Assembly: GCA_040377305.1 (NCBI GenBank)
Contig: JBEIPA010000003.1
Span: forward strand, 128,001-192,000
DNA length: 64,000 nt
Direction of reading: 5' to 3'
DNA from: Flavobacteriales bacterium
GTDB lineage: Bacteria > Bacteroidota > Bacteroidia > Palsa-965
Shown piece after piece: positions 32,513-41,974 of the stretch. How positions within the stretch are numbered: position 1 is the first letter of the stretch; each line of letters opens with the position of its first letter. The translations under genes were made by a program, and so were the position numbers. The notes under the pieces were generated by a model. It did no database searches, was not told the DNA's origin, and saw only the letters and a list, made by a program, of their open reading frames with translations.

Positions 32513-34747
32513 ATGAGTAAATTAGTTCCTGTACTCGCATTGCTGCTTCTGTCGAAGGCTCTTTCTGCTTTCGATGAGGAAGAACGTCGTTCGATTGATA
32601 TCGATCGCCGCAGCCTTGTATTCAGTTCACAGGAAGCTTTCGAGAAATCGCGGGAGTTCATTCGTCGCGACAGTACCTATTACATCGGATGGATGTACCA
32701 GGGTGCTTATCTCAATGATCGGGCAAACGATGAGAAAGGATTCGTTCAGGCAATCAAACCCTTGCAGAAGGCACTCGATCTCATTGAACGCGATTACGAC
32801 AAGCAATTACGAACGCGTACCAATGATTACATCGGATATCTCGGTGTAAGTTATCTGCATAACGATTACTCGATCATCGCGAATTGGCTGGCAGGTGCGT
32901 ATCAGAATATTGAGAATGCACAGGCTGCTTATGATGTGCTCATGCGTGTCAAGCAGCGTGATATGCAATACGAGTACTCTGTTGATTCGTGGAATACGCT
33001 TGCCTGGATTTACCACCGCAACCGCATGTATACTTCAGAGAAATTTCCTTTCCTGCTGAATTCGGTAGCGGAAAATGATTCTGTGGCTTACGATTGTCTC
33101 GACTCAGCAATCGCGAAGACGCAGCGTGACCTGGAAATATGTAACGGGTTGTTTGACGCATCGGTGTTTAATGCACGTTACTACTTCACGTATCACTACA
33201 AAGTAATTCTGTTCACGTACGACTTCGAGCTTGACTCTGCGGATTACTACTACGACATTCTGCTGCAATCGGGTTACTACAGCAGCAACAACTACGCGAA
33301 TTACATGTACATGAAAGGAGAATTCTCCATCGCGGAGCAGTTCTACCTGGAAGCAGAAAACCGCGATTATTCAACGGAGAAGCACACACGCGAATACTAT
33401 TACATGCGTGGATTGCTGGAAGTGAATCGCGCTACACCACAGCGTGCGGATAGTTTGCTCAAAGTGGTGATCAATAAGGATGGGCAAACACCGGGTTATG
33501 GCTGGCACAATATTGCATTAGCCCGTGCGCAATCGTATGAAGGACTAACAACTATTTCACAACGGACGCTTAATGGTGCTGCGCGTTTCGAAGAATTACA
33601 CATTGGCACAACATGGGGAGAGGAGCAGTACAATCTTTCCGTCGCGATGCTGAATTACGTCAACCAACTTCACTTTGAGAGCGAATATTACTTTGAGAAC
33701 AACCAATGGTATTTCTGGTTGAATCCGGTGAATTGGTACAAAGCCATTGAATTCAAAGTACGCGTGCATCACTTCAAACTGATTTTAGTTTCATTGGTTG
33801 CTTCGAATCCGGAACGTGCTGCCGTGCTTTACCCGCTTTTCTCTTCTGAAAATCTGTTGAGTTGGGATGAGTCGTGGCAGATGCTGGACGGCTTCAGCGA
33901 TAAATATTTCATCGATGTGTATGAAAAGATGCTGGAGGACGATCCGCGTCCGGGTGTGAAAAACTATATCAAGTTTGTTCTCGCAAAACTTTACATCTCG
34001 CGTGGAGATGAAGATGTGGGACTTGTGTACCTCGAAGAAATTTACGCTGAGCTATCGAACGAACGCATGGATTTCGACAATATGTTGTACGCGCGTACGT
34101 GTGAAGCAATTGCACTAATATCTGATGGCGATCTCAAACAGGAATGGTTGAACGAAGCGTATAATACGTTTCCGCAAATGATTCCGTACAGCAACGAGAA
34201 ACTAAAGTTTAACGTGACTGTTGATGGAGAAGCTTACGAACCAACAACAACCGAACTGATTGGTCGCGCTGCAATAGGAATTCTGCTTACGACAATTGTG
34301 TTGGCAGTCCTATATGGTTTTGCCAGAAAGTACTTCCGTTTCAGGCACAAAGCGAAATGGGTGTACATTCCTGCAACATCAATTACGATTGCAATGATCA
34401 TTCTTATTTTGATCAACATCGGTAATCGTTCGAAGCTCAGTCTGGAAAAGCAGATCATGTTGAGTCTCGCGGAATGCAACGTTGGCTTCACAGATGATTC
34501 TTCAGCACCAACCGCAGATTTCAAATTTGTTGAAAGCGATTCTTCACTGACTGTGGAGTACATAGTCATAGATTCCGATGATCGTGTAGTGAATGAAGGT
34601 TCTTACACGGTTGATGAGAGCAAACCAAACCTCGCCGGAATTGTGCTTGCATACCGGATGTTTAAGATTGACATCAGTTACAACACGACGGTTGATGCGG
34701 TTGACGTAAATGGTGAAACTCCGGAAGCAGAGGCTGCTGAGAACTAG
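32513..34747 (+). CDS. TPR-like helical-repeat membrane protein of the MoxR operon
   Basis: 744-aa ORF, signal peptide, Tyr/Ala-rich helical repeats, two TMs near the C-terminus. Confidence 0.65.
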   Translation: MSKLVPVLALLLLSKALSAFDEEERRSIDIDRRSLVFSSQEAFEKSREFIRRDSTYYIGWMYQGAYLNDRANDEKGFVQAIKPLQKALDLIERDYDKQLRTRTNDYIGYLGVSYLHNDYSIIANWLAGAYQNIENAQAAYDVLMRVKQRDMQYEYSVDSWNTLAWIYHRNRMYTSEKFPFLLNSVAENDSVAYDCLDSAIAKTQRDLEICNGLFDASVFNARYYFTYHYKVILFTYDFELDSADYYYDILLQSGYYSSNNYANYMYMKGEFSIAEQFYLEAENRDYSTEKHTREYYYMRGLLEVNRATPQRADSLLKVVINKDGQTPGYGWHNIALARAQSYEGLTTISQRTLNGAARFEELHIGTTWGEEQYNLSVAMLNYVNQLHFESEYYFENNQWYFWLNPVNWYKAIEFKVRVHHFKLILVSLVASNPERAAVLYPLFSSENLLSWDESWQMLDGFSDKYFIDVYEKMLEDDPRPGVKNYIKFVLAKLYISRGDEDVGLVYLEEIYAELSNERMDFDNMLYARTCEAIALISDGDLKQEWLNEAYNTFPQMIPYSNEKLKFNVTVDGEAYEPTTTELIGRAAIGILLTTIVLAVLYGFARKYFRFRHKAKWVYIPATSITIAMIILILINIGNRSKLSLEKQIMLSLAECNVGFTDDSSAPTADFKFVESDSSLTVEYIVIDSDDRVVNEGSYTVDESKPNLAGIVLAYRMFKIDISYNTTVDAVDVNGETPEAEAAEN

Positions 34748-34772
34748 ACTCTGATGGTCGCTTCGCTCTCTG

Positions 34773-34890
34773 TTTCACCACAGAGACACGGCGAGCACGG
34801 CGAAAATGGATTTCGTCATATTTAATCTTAACGTCGTTGTAGCTAAAAATAGAATACAAGAAGCCGTGCTCGCCGTGCCTCCGTGGTAAA
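34773..34890. repeat. Micro-unit inverted repeat (9-nt unit CACRGMGAS) between convergent genes
   Basis: Left tttcaccacagagacacggcgagcacggc 34773-34801; right gccgtgctcgccgtgcctccgtggtaaa 34863-34890. Confidence 0.9.
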
Positions 34891-34908
34891 GGCTGAGCAT
34901 CGTGAAGC

Positions 34909-36174
34909 TTAAGTCTTTTGATGCTTCTTTCGTGCAGCAGGAAAAAGAATGTTGTTCAGAATAAGTCTGTAACCCGGAGAGTTGGGATACAAGGATAAAT
35001 CCGTTGGTGGTTCTTCCACACGATGCTGATAATCCTCCGGATCGTGGCCGCCGTAAAATGTGTACATGCCTTTACCGGCTTCACCGTGAATGTAACGTGC
35101 TTCGTTGATCGCTTTGTTCTCACCCATGATGAGCACTTCCGGTTTTACAAGTGCTTTGTCGAATCCTGTTGTTTGTCCCCAGAAACCTTTGACGAGGTTC
35201 GCGTGGTTCTGACACAACATCGTTGGAATCGGATCCCACTTTGCTGAAAATTCGAAAAGCGAAAAATAATCGTTCGTTTCAGTCACACCACGTGATGTGC
35301 GTGTACCGTATGTATCGATGTCGGAGAATTCATACTCGGTTGAATTCAGTTTCAGGTGAAAGTTTGTGAATGCAAAACACTTCGTATAATCAAGCTTTGT
35401 ATTCATCTTCGGATCGAATCCGTCTCCGTCGTACATTTTATCGCAGATGTCAACGCCTTCCGCAGCGAGTGCAATATCGTAGGAGTCAGTTGCTGAGCAC
35501 ATCGCAAACAGAAAGCCTCCGCCCGCAACAAATTCTTTGATCTTCTTCGCAACGGCGAGCTTGAGTTCAGAAACTTTTGCGAAACCTAATCTGTTCGCAG
35601 TTGCTTCGTTGCTTGCTACATCCGCTTTGTACCACGGCGCATGCTGAAATCCAAGCCAGAATCGTCCGTACTGACCCGTGAAATCTTCGTGGTGCAAATG
35701 CAGCCAATCGTATTTCGGAAGAACTCCTCCGATTACTTTGTCATCGTAAATGGTGTCGTAAGGAATATCGGCGTACTTGAGTACCATCGTTACCGCATCA
35801 TCCCATGGTTGTTTGTTCGACGGCGTGTACACTGCAATCTTCGGTGGCTTTTCGAGCTTCACTGCATCCATGTTCACAGACGGTGAAGAAATCTCAGCGA
35901 GAATCCCGTTTGCCATGACATCCGGAATGACTTCGAACTTCACGTTCATGACCTGGCATTCCTGCTCGTCTTCCTTCGTGTACGGAAACATAAAGCTTCC
36001 GTAGCGGTAGTTGAGCAACCAGTATGCTTCCCCACCGCGATTGAGCACTTTGTACGTGATTCCATACGCACGCAGGTGATCGCTCTGCTGCTCATCCATA
36101 GGAATGAGAATTTGTGCAGCACGAACAGACGTGAAGAGAAAGGCAAATACAATGAAAATTCCGAGACGCATCAT
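34909..36174 (-). CDS. Conserved secreted Bacteroidota protein with class I glutamine-amidotransferase-like fold (often auto-labelled 'asparagine synthetase B')
   Basis: QPWDDAVT, YDWLHLHHEDFTGQYG, GGFLFAMCSATD, GGHDPEDYQH, NSPGYRLILNN. Confidence 0.75.
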   Translation of the reverse strand: MMRLGIFIVFAFLFTSVRAAQILIPMDEQQSDHLRAYGITYKVLNRGGEAYWLLNYRYGSFMFPYTKEDEQECQVMNVKFEVIPDVMANGILAEISSPSVNMDAVKLEKPPKIAVYTPSNKQPWDDAVTMVLKYADIPYDTIYDDKVIGGVLPKYDWLHLHHEDFTGQYGRFWLGFQHAPWYKADVASNEATANRLGFAKVSELKLAVAKKIKEFVAGGGFLFAMCSATDSYDIALAAEGVDICDKMYDGDGFDPKMNTKLDYTKCFAFTNFHLKLNSTEYEFSDIDTYGTRTSRGVTETNDYFSLFEFSAKWDPIPTMLCQNHANLVKGFWGQTTGFDKALVKPEVLIMGENKAINEARYIHGEAGKGMYTFYGGHDPEDYQHRVEEPPTDLSLYPNSPGYRLILNNILFPAARKKHQKT

Positions 36175-36286
36175 GACAGTGAGATAGCCAATATTGTACC
36201 GAATTTACGGGTTTTTGAGAGGCTTTAGACGTTAATTTGTCACAAACCATTCGAGCCAATAGGAACTTTGGGCTGTCTGCGACGCT

Positions 36287-36313
36287 CATCACGGCGACAC
36301 GGCGGGCACGGCG
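36287..36313 (+). repeat. Solo left arm of the CACGGCG micro-unit family
   Basis: catcacggcgacacggcgggcacggcg resembles the 34773 left arm; no partner arm seen nearby. Confidence 0.75.
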
Positions 36314-36336
36314 GCAATTATGTTGTTATTCGTTCT

Positions 36337-36426
36337 ATGCGTGATCTGCAGGATTTCCTGAAGAAGAAAATTCTGAAGCAGGATGAAGCGGGTGGGAGGA
36401 GTACGGGGTATTTGTTGAAAGTGTGA
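36337..36426 (+). pseudogene. C-terminal remnant of a Fic/DUF4172-type protein
   Basis: Manual translation MRDLQDFLKKKILKQDEAGGRSTGYLLKV* resembles the (AL)RDI.DL...GIL....AGGRST.Y.L winged-helix tail of Fic proteins; no upstream coding frame. Confidence 0.6.
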
Positions 36427-36545
36427 GCGCTGATTGGGTAGATAAATGTGCTTGGCTGAGTGCTGATTCTTAATTTCAGATGTGAGTTCAGAAAAGGCGG
36501 AGAAAAGTTAATGGCAATTTCTTAAGGAATACTGCACCTTCCGGT

Positions 36546-37004
36546 TTACAGCTTCGTTTTATTCTTTCGTCTTTTCAGTGCAGTTTCATAACGGGCTTTT
36601 TCTACTGCTGTTTTCGGCGATACTGCAGCCACTGTCGTAATTTTCCCGTGATCATTGATGGCTACAAAGGTGAAGAACGCGGAACTGATTGTATAGGTAT
36701 TTCGACTGACTATGTTCGTTGCTGTGGCTTCCACGAAAATTTCCATTGAACTGTTAAAGGAGCGGGTAATCACTGCGACAATTTCAATAATGTCTCCGAT
36801 ACGTGCTGAACTTTTGAAGTTGACGGTATTGATAGAGGCCGTAACGCAAATGTGTCCCGTGTGACGTTGAGCACACACCGCCGCAGCTACGTCCATCCAT
36901 TCAACCAGATGGCCTCCCAGGAGTAATCCCATAGGATTTGTGTGATTGGAGCAAACAACTTCTGTCTTTGTGGTAATGCTTTGCTTTGGTGATTTCGCTT
37001 TCAT
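36546..37004 (-). CDS. Acyl-CoA thioesterase (hotdog fold, YciA-like)
   Basis: HTNPMG.LLGGHLVEWMD, VTASI..VNF, FNSSMEI, AFFTFVA. Confidence 0.9.
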   Translation of the reverse strand: MKAKSPKQSITTKTEVVCSNHTNPMGLLLGGHLVEWMDVAAAVCAQRHTGHICVTASINTVNFKSSARIGDIIEIVAVITRSFNSSMEIFVEATATNIVSRNTYTISSAFFTFVAINDHGKITTVAAVSPKTAVEKARYETALKRRKNKTKL

Positions 37005-37148
37005 GTGTTACATGCTTATTGCAAACTGTTTCTGTATTGAAACTTTGCAGGGAGGGAATGAATCAAGGTGAATACTGATTTGAAAAGCAAAAGTACAATA
37101 GCACCCTGCGGGAAAACATGATTTGCAGCAGCAAAAAAACCGAAGGTT

Positions 37149-37162
37149 ATGATGTGGGTCAT
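37149..37162. promoter_or_regulatory. Putative Crp/Fnr-family box
   Basis: ATGA-tgtggg-TCAT (TGA-N6-TCA) in the divergent thioesterase/OsmC gap. Confidence 0.45.
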
Positions 37163-37379
37163 GGTGAAATATATCGCGGAGCAGTTCCTTTGTTGTACCA
37201 ATATGATCGGGCTACGAATACTGAGCAACATGCATTTGAATGGAAGTGGATTGGTTTAAACGTAATGGACAAACACCTGGGATTAGCGCATGATTCAAAG
37301 TGCTTTCCTGATTTGATCCAACGCAATGCGGAAGTTGGCGCTGATCTTTATTTATTTACTCATTAAATAAAGTATAGTT

Positions 37380-37835
37380 ATGGACACATCTCACGATTAT
37401 GAAGTGCGGCTCAATTGGCTCTCAGCACGTATGGGTGTTGTTTCTTCACCTGATCTTGAAGAACGTATTGTGGTTGCTACGCCACCGGAATTCCCTGGTG
37501 GAGTAAGCGGAATCTGGTCGCCGGAACATTTATTTGTAGCAGCAATCAGCAGCTGCTTCATGACAACGTTTCTGTCGATCGCGGAGAAGTCACGACTGAA
37601 CTTTAAAGGATTTACCTGTGCCGCAACAGGTAAACTCGAATTAGTTGATAAAGCTTATCTAATGACTGAAGTCGTACTTAAGCCTCATTTGATCATCACG
37701 CGTTTGGAAGATCAGGATAAAGCCTTGCAACTGTTGCACAAATCCGAGAAGCATTGTCTTATTTCTAATTCTGTGAATTCAAAAATATCGGTTGAGCCAG
37801 TTGTCACGATTGAAGCCATGACCAGTGCACTCTGA
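37380..37835 (+). CDS. OsmC/Ohr family protein
   Basis: PPEFPGG..WSPEHLFVAAISSCFMTTF, EKHCLISNS two-Cys pattern. Confidence 0.9.
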   Translation: MDTSHDYEVRLNWLSARMGVVSSPDLEERIVVATPPEFPGGVSGIWSPEHLFVAAISSCFMTTFLSIAEKSRLNFKGFTCAATGKLELVDKAYLMTEVVLKPHLIITRLEDQDKALQLLHKSEKHCLISNSVNSKISVEPVVTIEAMTSAL

Positions 37836-37920
37836 TTGGTGTACAAGCTGCAGGCGATTCGCAAACAAAACATTTCTGGCTTGAGTACGCGTAGAAACAC
37901 CGGGTGCATTTATCCCAAAA

Positions 37921-37956
37921 CTGATCTGTGTCAGGTTCTGCATTGAGGCTGGTCAT
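37921..37956. promoter_or_regulatory. Tandem putative Crp/Fnr boxes upstream of hemN
   Basis: cTGAtctgtgTCAg (37921-37934) and tTGAggctggTCAt (37943-37956), 22 bp apart. Confidence 0.5.
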
Positions 37957-38005
37957 GGCAGTAAAGTGATGTGGAATATATTTTTGTTGCAAACGAATCG
38001 AGATC

Positions 38006-39352
38006 ATGCGTCAACTTCTTGAGCGGTACAATAAACCTATTCCGCGGTACACCAGTTACCCGCCGGTTCCTTGCTGGGATTCAACTGCTCCGCAATCTAC
38101 AGATTGGTTTCGGGATGTGCGCGATGCATGGAATACCGGTGACCATCAATTGAGTCTTTATATCCATTTACTATTCTGTGAGAGTCTTTGCACCTATTGC
38201 GCTTGCAATACGAGGATTACCACAGACCATCGGGTAGAGGAGCCCTATATCCAACGCCTTCTGAAAGAATGGTCATTGTACCTCGACGCAATTGACGAAA
38301 CGCCGATCCTCAATGAATTTCATTTAGGTGGAGGTACACCAACTTTCTTCAGCGCAAATAATCTTAGCCAGCTCCTAAGTGGAATCCTTTCCACTGCACA
38401 ACTAACCAAAAATGCAATCTTGAGTTTTGAGGCTCATCCTGCGAGTACTTCTGCGGCACATTTGGAAGCACTCTACAAGAATGGTTTTAGAAGAATGAGC
38501 CTGGGAATTCAGGATTTCGATCCGCGTGTGCAGCAACTGATCAACCGTAAGCAAACAGAAACACAGGTGCGCTCCATTACCAACATTGGACGTAGCATGG
38601 GATTTAATTCAATCAACTACGATCTGATCTACGGGCTACCCGGACAAACACTTGAGTCAATGGGAGAGACAATTCGCAAGGTGTCTGTGCTGCGTCCTGA
38701 TAGAATTGCTTTTTATGGTTACGCCCATGTTCCATCGATGAGACCGGCACAAAGTTCTTATGAGCAACAACTGCCTTCTCCGGAAATGCGCGCAGAATTG
38801 TACTTGTGCGGTCGGGAGTTGTTAGTGAATGCGGGTTATTACGAAGTAGGCCTTGACCACTTTGCTTTGGATGGAGACGAGTTGCTCACTGCTTCGCGTG
38901 CTGGAAAGCTTCACCGCAATTTTATGGGTTACACCGAACATCAATCACCACTTCTTATTGGTCTTGGACCAAGCGCGATAAGTGACTCGGGAACAATGAT
39001 GGCGCAGAACACACATACACTGGAAGATTGGAGTGTTGCAATAGATCGTGGGGAATTGCCAATTGTCAAAGGACATGTGATGACGGCGGAGGATCTGATA
39101 CTCAAGAAACATGTTTTTGATATCATGTGTAATGGTGCAACCGAATGGAATTCCACTTCAGGCCAGATAAAATATCTGGATTCTGTGGTGGGACGGCTTC
39201 TCGAGTTTCACGATAATGGAATGATCCGGCTGGAAGGAAATCGCTTGAAGGTGCTGGAGAAAGGCAGACCATTCCTTAGACATATTGCGAACTGTTTTGA
39301 TGCCCGTTCAGCAAGGCAAAACAAGGAGAAATTAATTTATTCGAAGGCTTAA
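38006..39352 (+). CDS. hemN: Oxygen-independent coproporphyrinogen III oxidase (radical SAM)
   Basis: PRYTSYP, CESLCTYC, GGGTPT, DLIYGLP.QT, YAHVP, LHRNFMGY. Confidence 0.93.
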   Translation: MRQLLERYNKPIPRYTSYPPVPCWDSTAPQSTDWFRDVRDAWNTGDHQLSLYIHLLFCESLCTYCACNTRITTDHRVEEPYIQRLLKEWSLYLDAIDETPILNEFHLGGGTPTFFSANNLSQLLSGILSTAQLTKNAILSFEAHPASTSAAHLEALYKNGFRRMSLGIQDFDPRVQQLINRKQTETQVRSITNIGRSMGFNSINYDLIYGLPGQTLESMGETIRKVSVLRPDRIAFYGYAHVPSMRPAQSSYEQQLPSPEMRAELYLCGRELLVNAGYYEVGLDHFALDGDELLTASRAGKLHRNFMGYTEHQSPLLIGLGPSAISDSGTMMAQNTHTLEDWSVAIDRGELPIVKGHVMTAEDLILKKHVFDIMCNGATEWNSTSGQIKYLDSVVGRLLEFHDNGMIRLEGNRLKVLEKGRPFLRHIANCFDARSARQNKEKLIYSKA

Positions 39353-39374
39353 CTTCTTTTCTTGATTCGCGTGG

Positions 39375-39392
39375 TCCCGTTAGCTATCGGGA
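39375..39392. repeat. 18-bp near-perfect palindrome between convergent genes
   Basis: tcccgttagctatcggga (one mismatch from TCCCGATAGCTATCGGGA). Confidence 0.65.
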
Positions 39393-39394
39393 TA

Positions 39395-39937
39395 TCATCC
39401 AGCGAAGAAAGCTGAATTCACAGCGCGATAGAGCAGATGTTTTCTCAACGCATGCCCTTCCTCCACCAACGGATGCTCAAACTCTCCTTCACGTTTCATT
39501 CCGATTTTTTCCATCACTCTCCACGAAGGAATATTCTGCGGAACAGCGAATGCTAAAATCTCTGAGAACGATTTTTCTTTGAAGCCCCATTCTGTGCAAG
39601 CACGAGCTGCTTCTGTGCAGTAACCTTTGTTGTGTGCAGACGGAATGAGTCGCCAGAGAATTTCTATGCAGGGAGTGAAGGATGCTTCCCAGCGAGGATG
39701 CGTGAAGCCGATGAATCCTGCGAAGTCGTGAATGCCGGGAACTTCAATTGCGAAAACGCCGAAGCCGTGTTGTTCCCAATGAGCTTGCATGCGATCGATC
39801 ATTGCGATGGTGTCTTCGCGCGTCATGAGCGAAACGAAATGTTTCATGACGATGGGATCCTGGCCCATTAACACCAACGGTTCCAAATCAGAAGGACGGA
39901 ATTGACGGAGAAGTAGTCGTCTCGTGCGAATTTCCAT
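39395..39937 (-). CDS. RimJ/RimL-type GNAT N-acetyltransferase
   Basis: TRRLLLR, FAGFIG, EI.WRL, KGYCTEAA, N.PSWRVMEKIGM. Confidence 0.9.
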   Translation of the reverse strand: MEIRTRRLLLRQFRPSDLEPLVLMGQDPIVMKHFVSLMTREDTIAMIDRMQAHWEQHGFGVFAIEVPGIHDFAGFIGFTHPRWEASFTPCIEILWRLIPSAHNKGYCTEAARACTEWGFKEKSFSEILAFAVPQNIPSWRVMEKIGMKREGEFEHPLVEEGHALRKHLLYRAVNSAFFAG

Positions 39938-39939
39938 GC

Positions 39940-40029
39940 GATTCGAAGATTCGAAAAATTTGAAGATTTGAAAAAGCTGTTAAGTCCGAAATGAATTCTC
40001 GAATATTCGAATCTTCAAATATTCAAATT
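39940..40029. repeat. Micro-unit inverted repeat (8-nt unit ATTYGAAR)
   Basis: Left gattcgaagattcgaaaaatttgaagatttgaaaa 39940-39974; right ttctcgaatattcgaatcttcaaatattcaaatt 39996-40029. Confidence 0.85.
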
Positions 40030-41607
40030 TTAAAACGGATCTTCTTCGATGTCGTTGAGTTTCGAGCCGCGAATAATATTTCCTCCGCCTTGCTGGAAAT
40101 TATTGAAGTCGTCGTTTGGACCGAGGCCGGCTTTTGGATCGTAGTTGCCGTTTGGTGTGTCGTTGGAATAAGTTCCCATTCCGCCCTGATCGAAACCAGA
40201 ATCGACATCCAGGAATTTTGCTAGACGATCGATGAAGCGAAGGTTCACACTTCCTACCGCACCATTACGGTGTTTCGCAATGATGATCTCCGCCATGCCG
40301 TGTGTAGAATTTCCTTCTGCATCCTGCGTCATGCCATAGTATTCCGGACGGTGAATGAACAACACCATATCCGCATCCTGTTCAATCGCACCCGATTCAC
40401 GTAAGTCAGAAAGCTGCGGACGTTTGTCACCTCCACGCGTTTCAACCGCACGACTCAACTGTGAAAGTGCAATCACCGGTATGTTGAGCTCTTTCGCGAT
40501 TGACTTCAATGAACGCGAGATCGTAGAAATTTCCTGTTCACGATTTCCGCGGGAGTTGTCACCACCGGTTGTCATGAGCTGGAGGTAATCGACAATCACC
40601 ATCTGAATATCATGTTGTGCTTTCAGTCGGCGGCATTTTGCACGCATCTCGAAAATGGAAAGTGCAGGCGTATCGTCAATGAAAAGCGGTGCTTCTGAAA
40701 GCTTTCCGATTTTCACGTGAAGCTGTTGCATTTCGTGATCAACGAGTTGACCTTTTTTCAGTTTCTCTGCAGGCAATTCCGCTTCAGCAGAAATCAAACG
40801 CTGAACGAGCTGTACCGACGCCATCTCCAGAGAGAACACTGCGATCGGACGCTGAAAATCTACTGCCGCATTTCGTGCGAGAGTAAGAACGAAAGCCGTT
40901 TTACCCATCGCAGGACGTGCTGCAAGAATCACCAAATCTGAATTCTGCCAACCGGAAGTCATTCGATCGAGATCGGTGAATCCGGATGGAACACCACTCA
41001 CACCGCTCTTCTGATTTTTCGCGGCTTCAATTTGCTGCATCGCCTGACTGATAAGCGAGCTCATTTTGTCGTAGTTCTTGCGGATGTTACCTTCTACAAC
41101 GGAGAAGAGGTTACGTTCCGCATGATCGAGCAAATCGAACACATCGGCAGTTTCTTCGTATGCATCGCGGATTGTGTCGCTGGAAATGCGGATCAATTCG
41201 CGCTGAATATATTTCTGTGCAATGATACGCGCGTGGAATTCAACGTTTGCTGAACTCGCTACGCGGTTGGTTAGCTGTGAGATATAATAGGCACCACCAA
41301 CAATCTCAAGTTCACCGGTTCTTTTCAGTTCCTGGGTAACGGTGAGAATGTCAATCGGTTCAGAACGCTGGAAGAGGTTTTGAATAGCCCCGAAAATGCG
41401 TCCATGTGCTTCCTTATAAAACGATTTTGGTTGCAGAATGTCGATAACCGCAGTCAAAGCATCCTTTTCGAGCATGAGTGCACCCAACACAGCTTCCTCC
41501 AACTCAACGGCTTGCGGAGGCAGCTTTCCAATTTCATACAACTGCTGAGATACCTGCGAAAATTGGGCAGTTCGGCGTGTTGTATTTTTTTTCTCTTCGG
41601 TACTCAT
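40030..41607 (-). CDS. dnaB: Replicative DNA helicase
   Basis: PPQAVELEEAVLG, AARPAMGKT, FSLEM, DYLQLM, LSQLSR, DLRESGAIEQDAD, KHRNG; no intein. Confidence 0.98.
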   Translation of the reverse strand: MSTEEKKNTTRRTAQFSQVSQQLYEIGKLPPQAVELEEAVLGALMLEKDALTAVIDILQPKSFYKEAHGRIFGAIQNLFQRSEPIDILTVTQELKRTGELEIVGGAYYISQLTNRVASSANVEFHARIIAQKYIQRELIRISSDTIRDAYEETADVFDLLDHAERNLFSVVEGNIRKNYDKMSSLISQAMQQIEAAKNQKSGVSGVPSGFTDLDRMTSGWQNSDLVILAARPAMGKTAFVLTLARNAAVDFQRPIAVFSLEMASVQLVQRLISAEAELPAEKLKKGQLVDHEMQQLHVKIGKLSEAPLFIDDTPALSIFEMRAKCRRLKAQHDIQMVIVDYLQLMTTGGDNSRGNREQEISTISRSLKSIAKELNIPVIALSQLSRAVETRGGDKRPQLSDLRESGAIEQDADMVLFIHRPEYYGMTQDAEGNSTHGMAEIIIAKHRNGAVGSVNLRFIDRLAKFLDVDSGFDQGGMGTYSNDTPNGNYDPKAGLGPNDDFNNFQQGGGNIIRGSKLNDIEEDPF

Positions 41608-41635
41608 TACAGCGGATTATTTTTTGAAAGGGCTC

Positions 41636-41682
41636 CAAAAGTATACAAAACACGGACGTGTGCGGGGCGGGACTTATCCACA
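41636..41682 (-). promoter_or_regulatory. dnaB promoter region: -7 box and perfect DnaA box
   Basis: Minus-strand TACTTTTG at 41636-41643; TTATCCACA at 41674-41682. Confidence 0.55.
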
Positions 41683-41806
41683 TAAAGTTAACGCAGGATA
41701 TCACCGAATGTTCATTCTTTTCGACTCAAGTTTTGAACAGAACAACATCTTTTCACAGTATAAAATTGTATCTGTTAGGAATGCAGGTTGTTGCGCCTTC
41801 GGCACT

Positions 41807-41909
41807 TTGCCACAGATTCGCAGATTACTCAGATTTCGCAAATTGAATTGTAGGTGGAGGGTTGAAAACAAAAATCAATTAATCTGTGAAATCTGCGAAT
41901 CTGTGGCAA
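41807..41909. repeat. Micro-unit inverted repeat (9-nt unit ending CAGATT)
   Basis: Left ttgccacagattcgcagattactcagatt 41807-41835; right aatctgtgaaatctgcgaatctgtggcaa 41881-41909. Confidence 0.92.
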
Positions 41910-41974
41910 GCTGTGGAGCAGCAGAGAATAAGGATTCTTCGGCTAAGCGCTGAATATTGCTATTTTTGCTCACC

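Noticed and set aside
34909-36174. Calling this gene asnB
   Set aside because: It lacks the N-terminal Cys Ntn domain and the synthetase motifs, and has a signal peptide
36388-36412. Possible reverse-complement tRNA 3' end or att site
   Set aside because: No TTCGA T-loop or cloverleaf; better explained as the GGRSTGY codons of a Fic remnant
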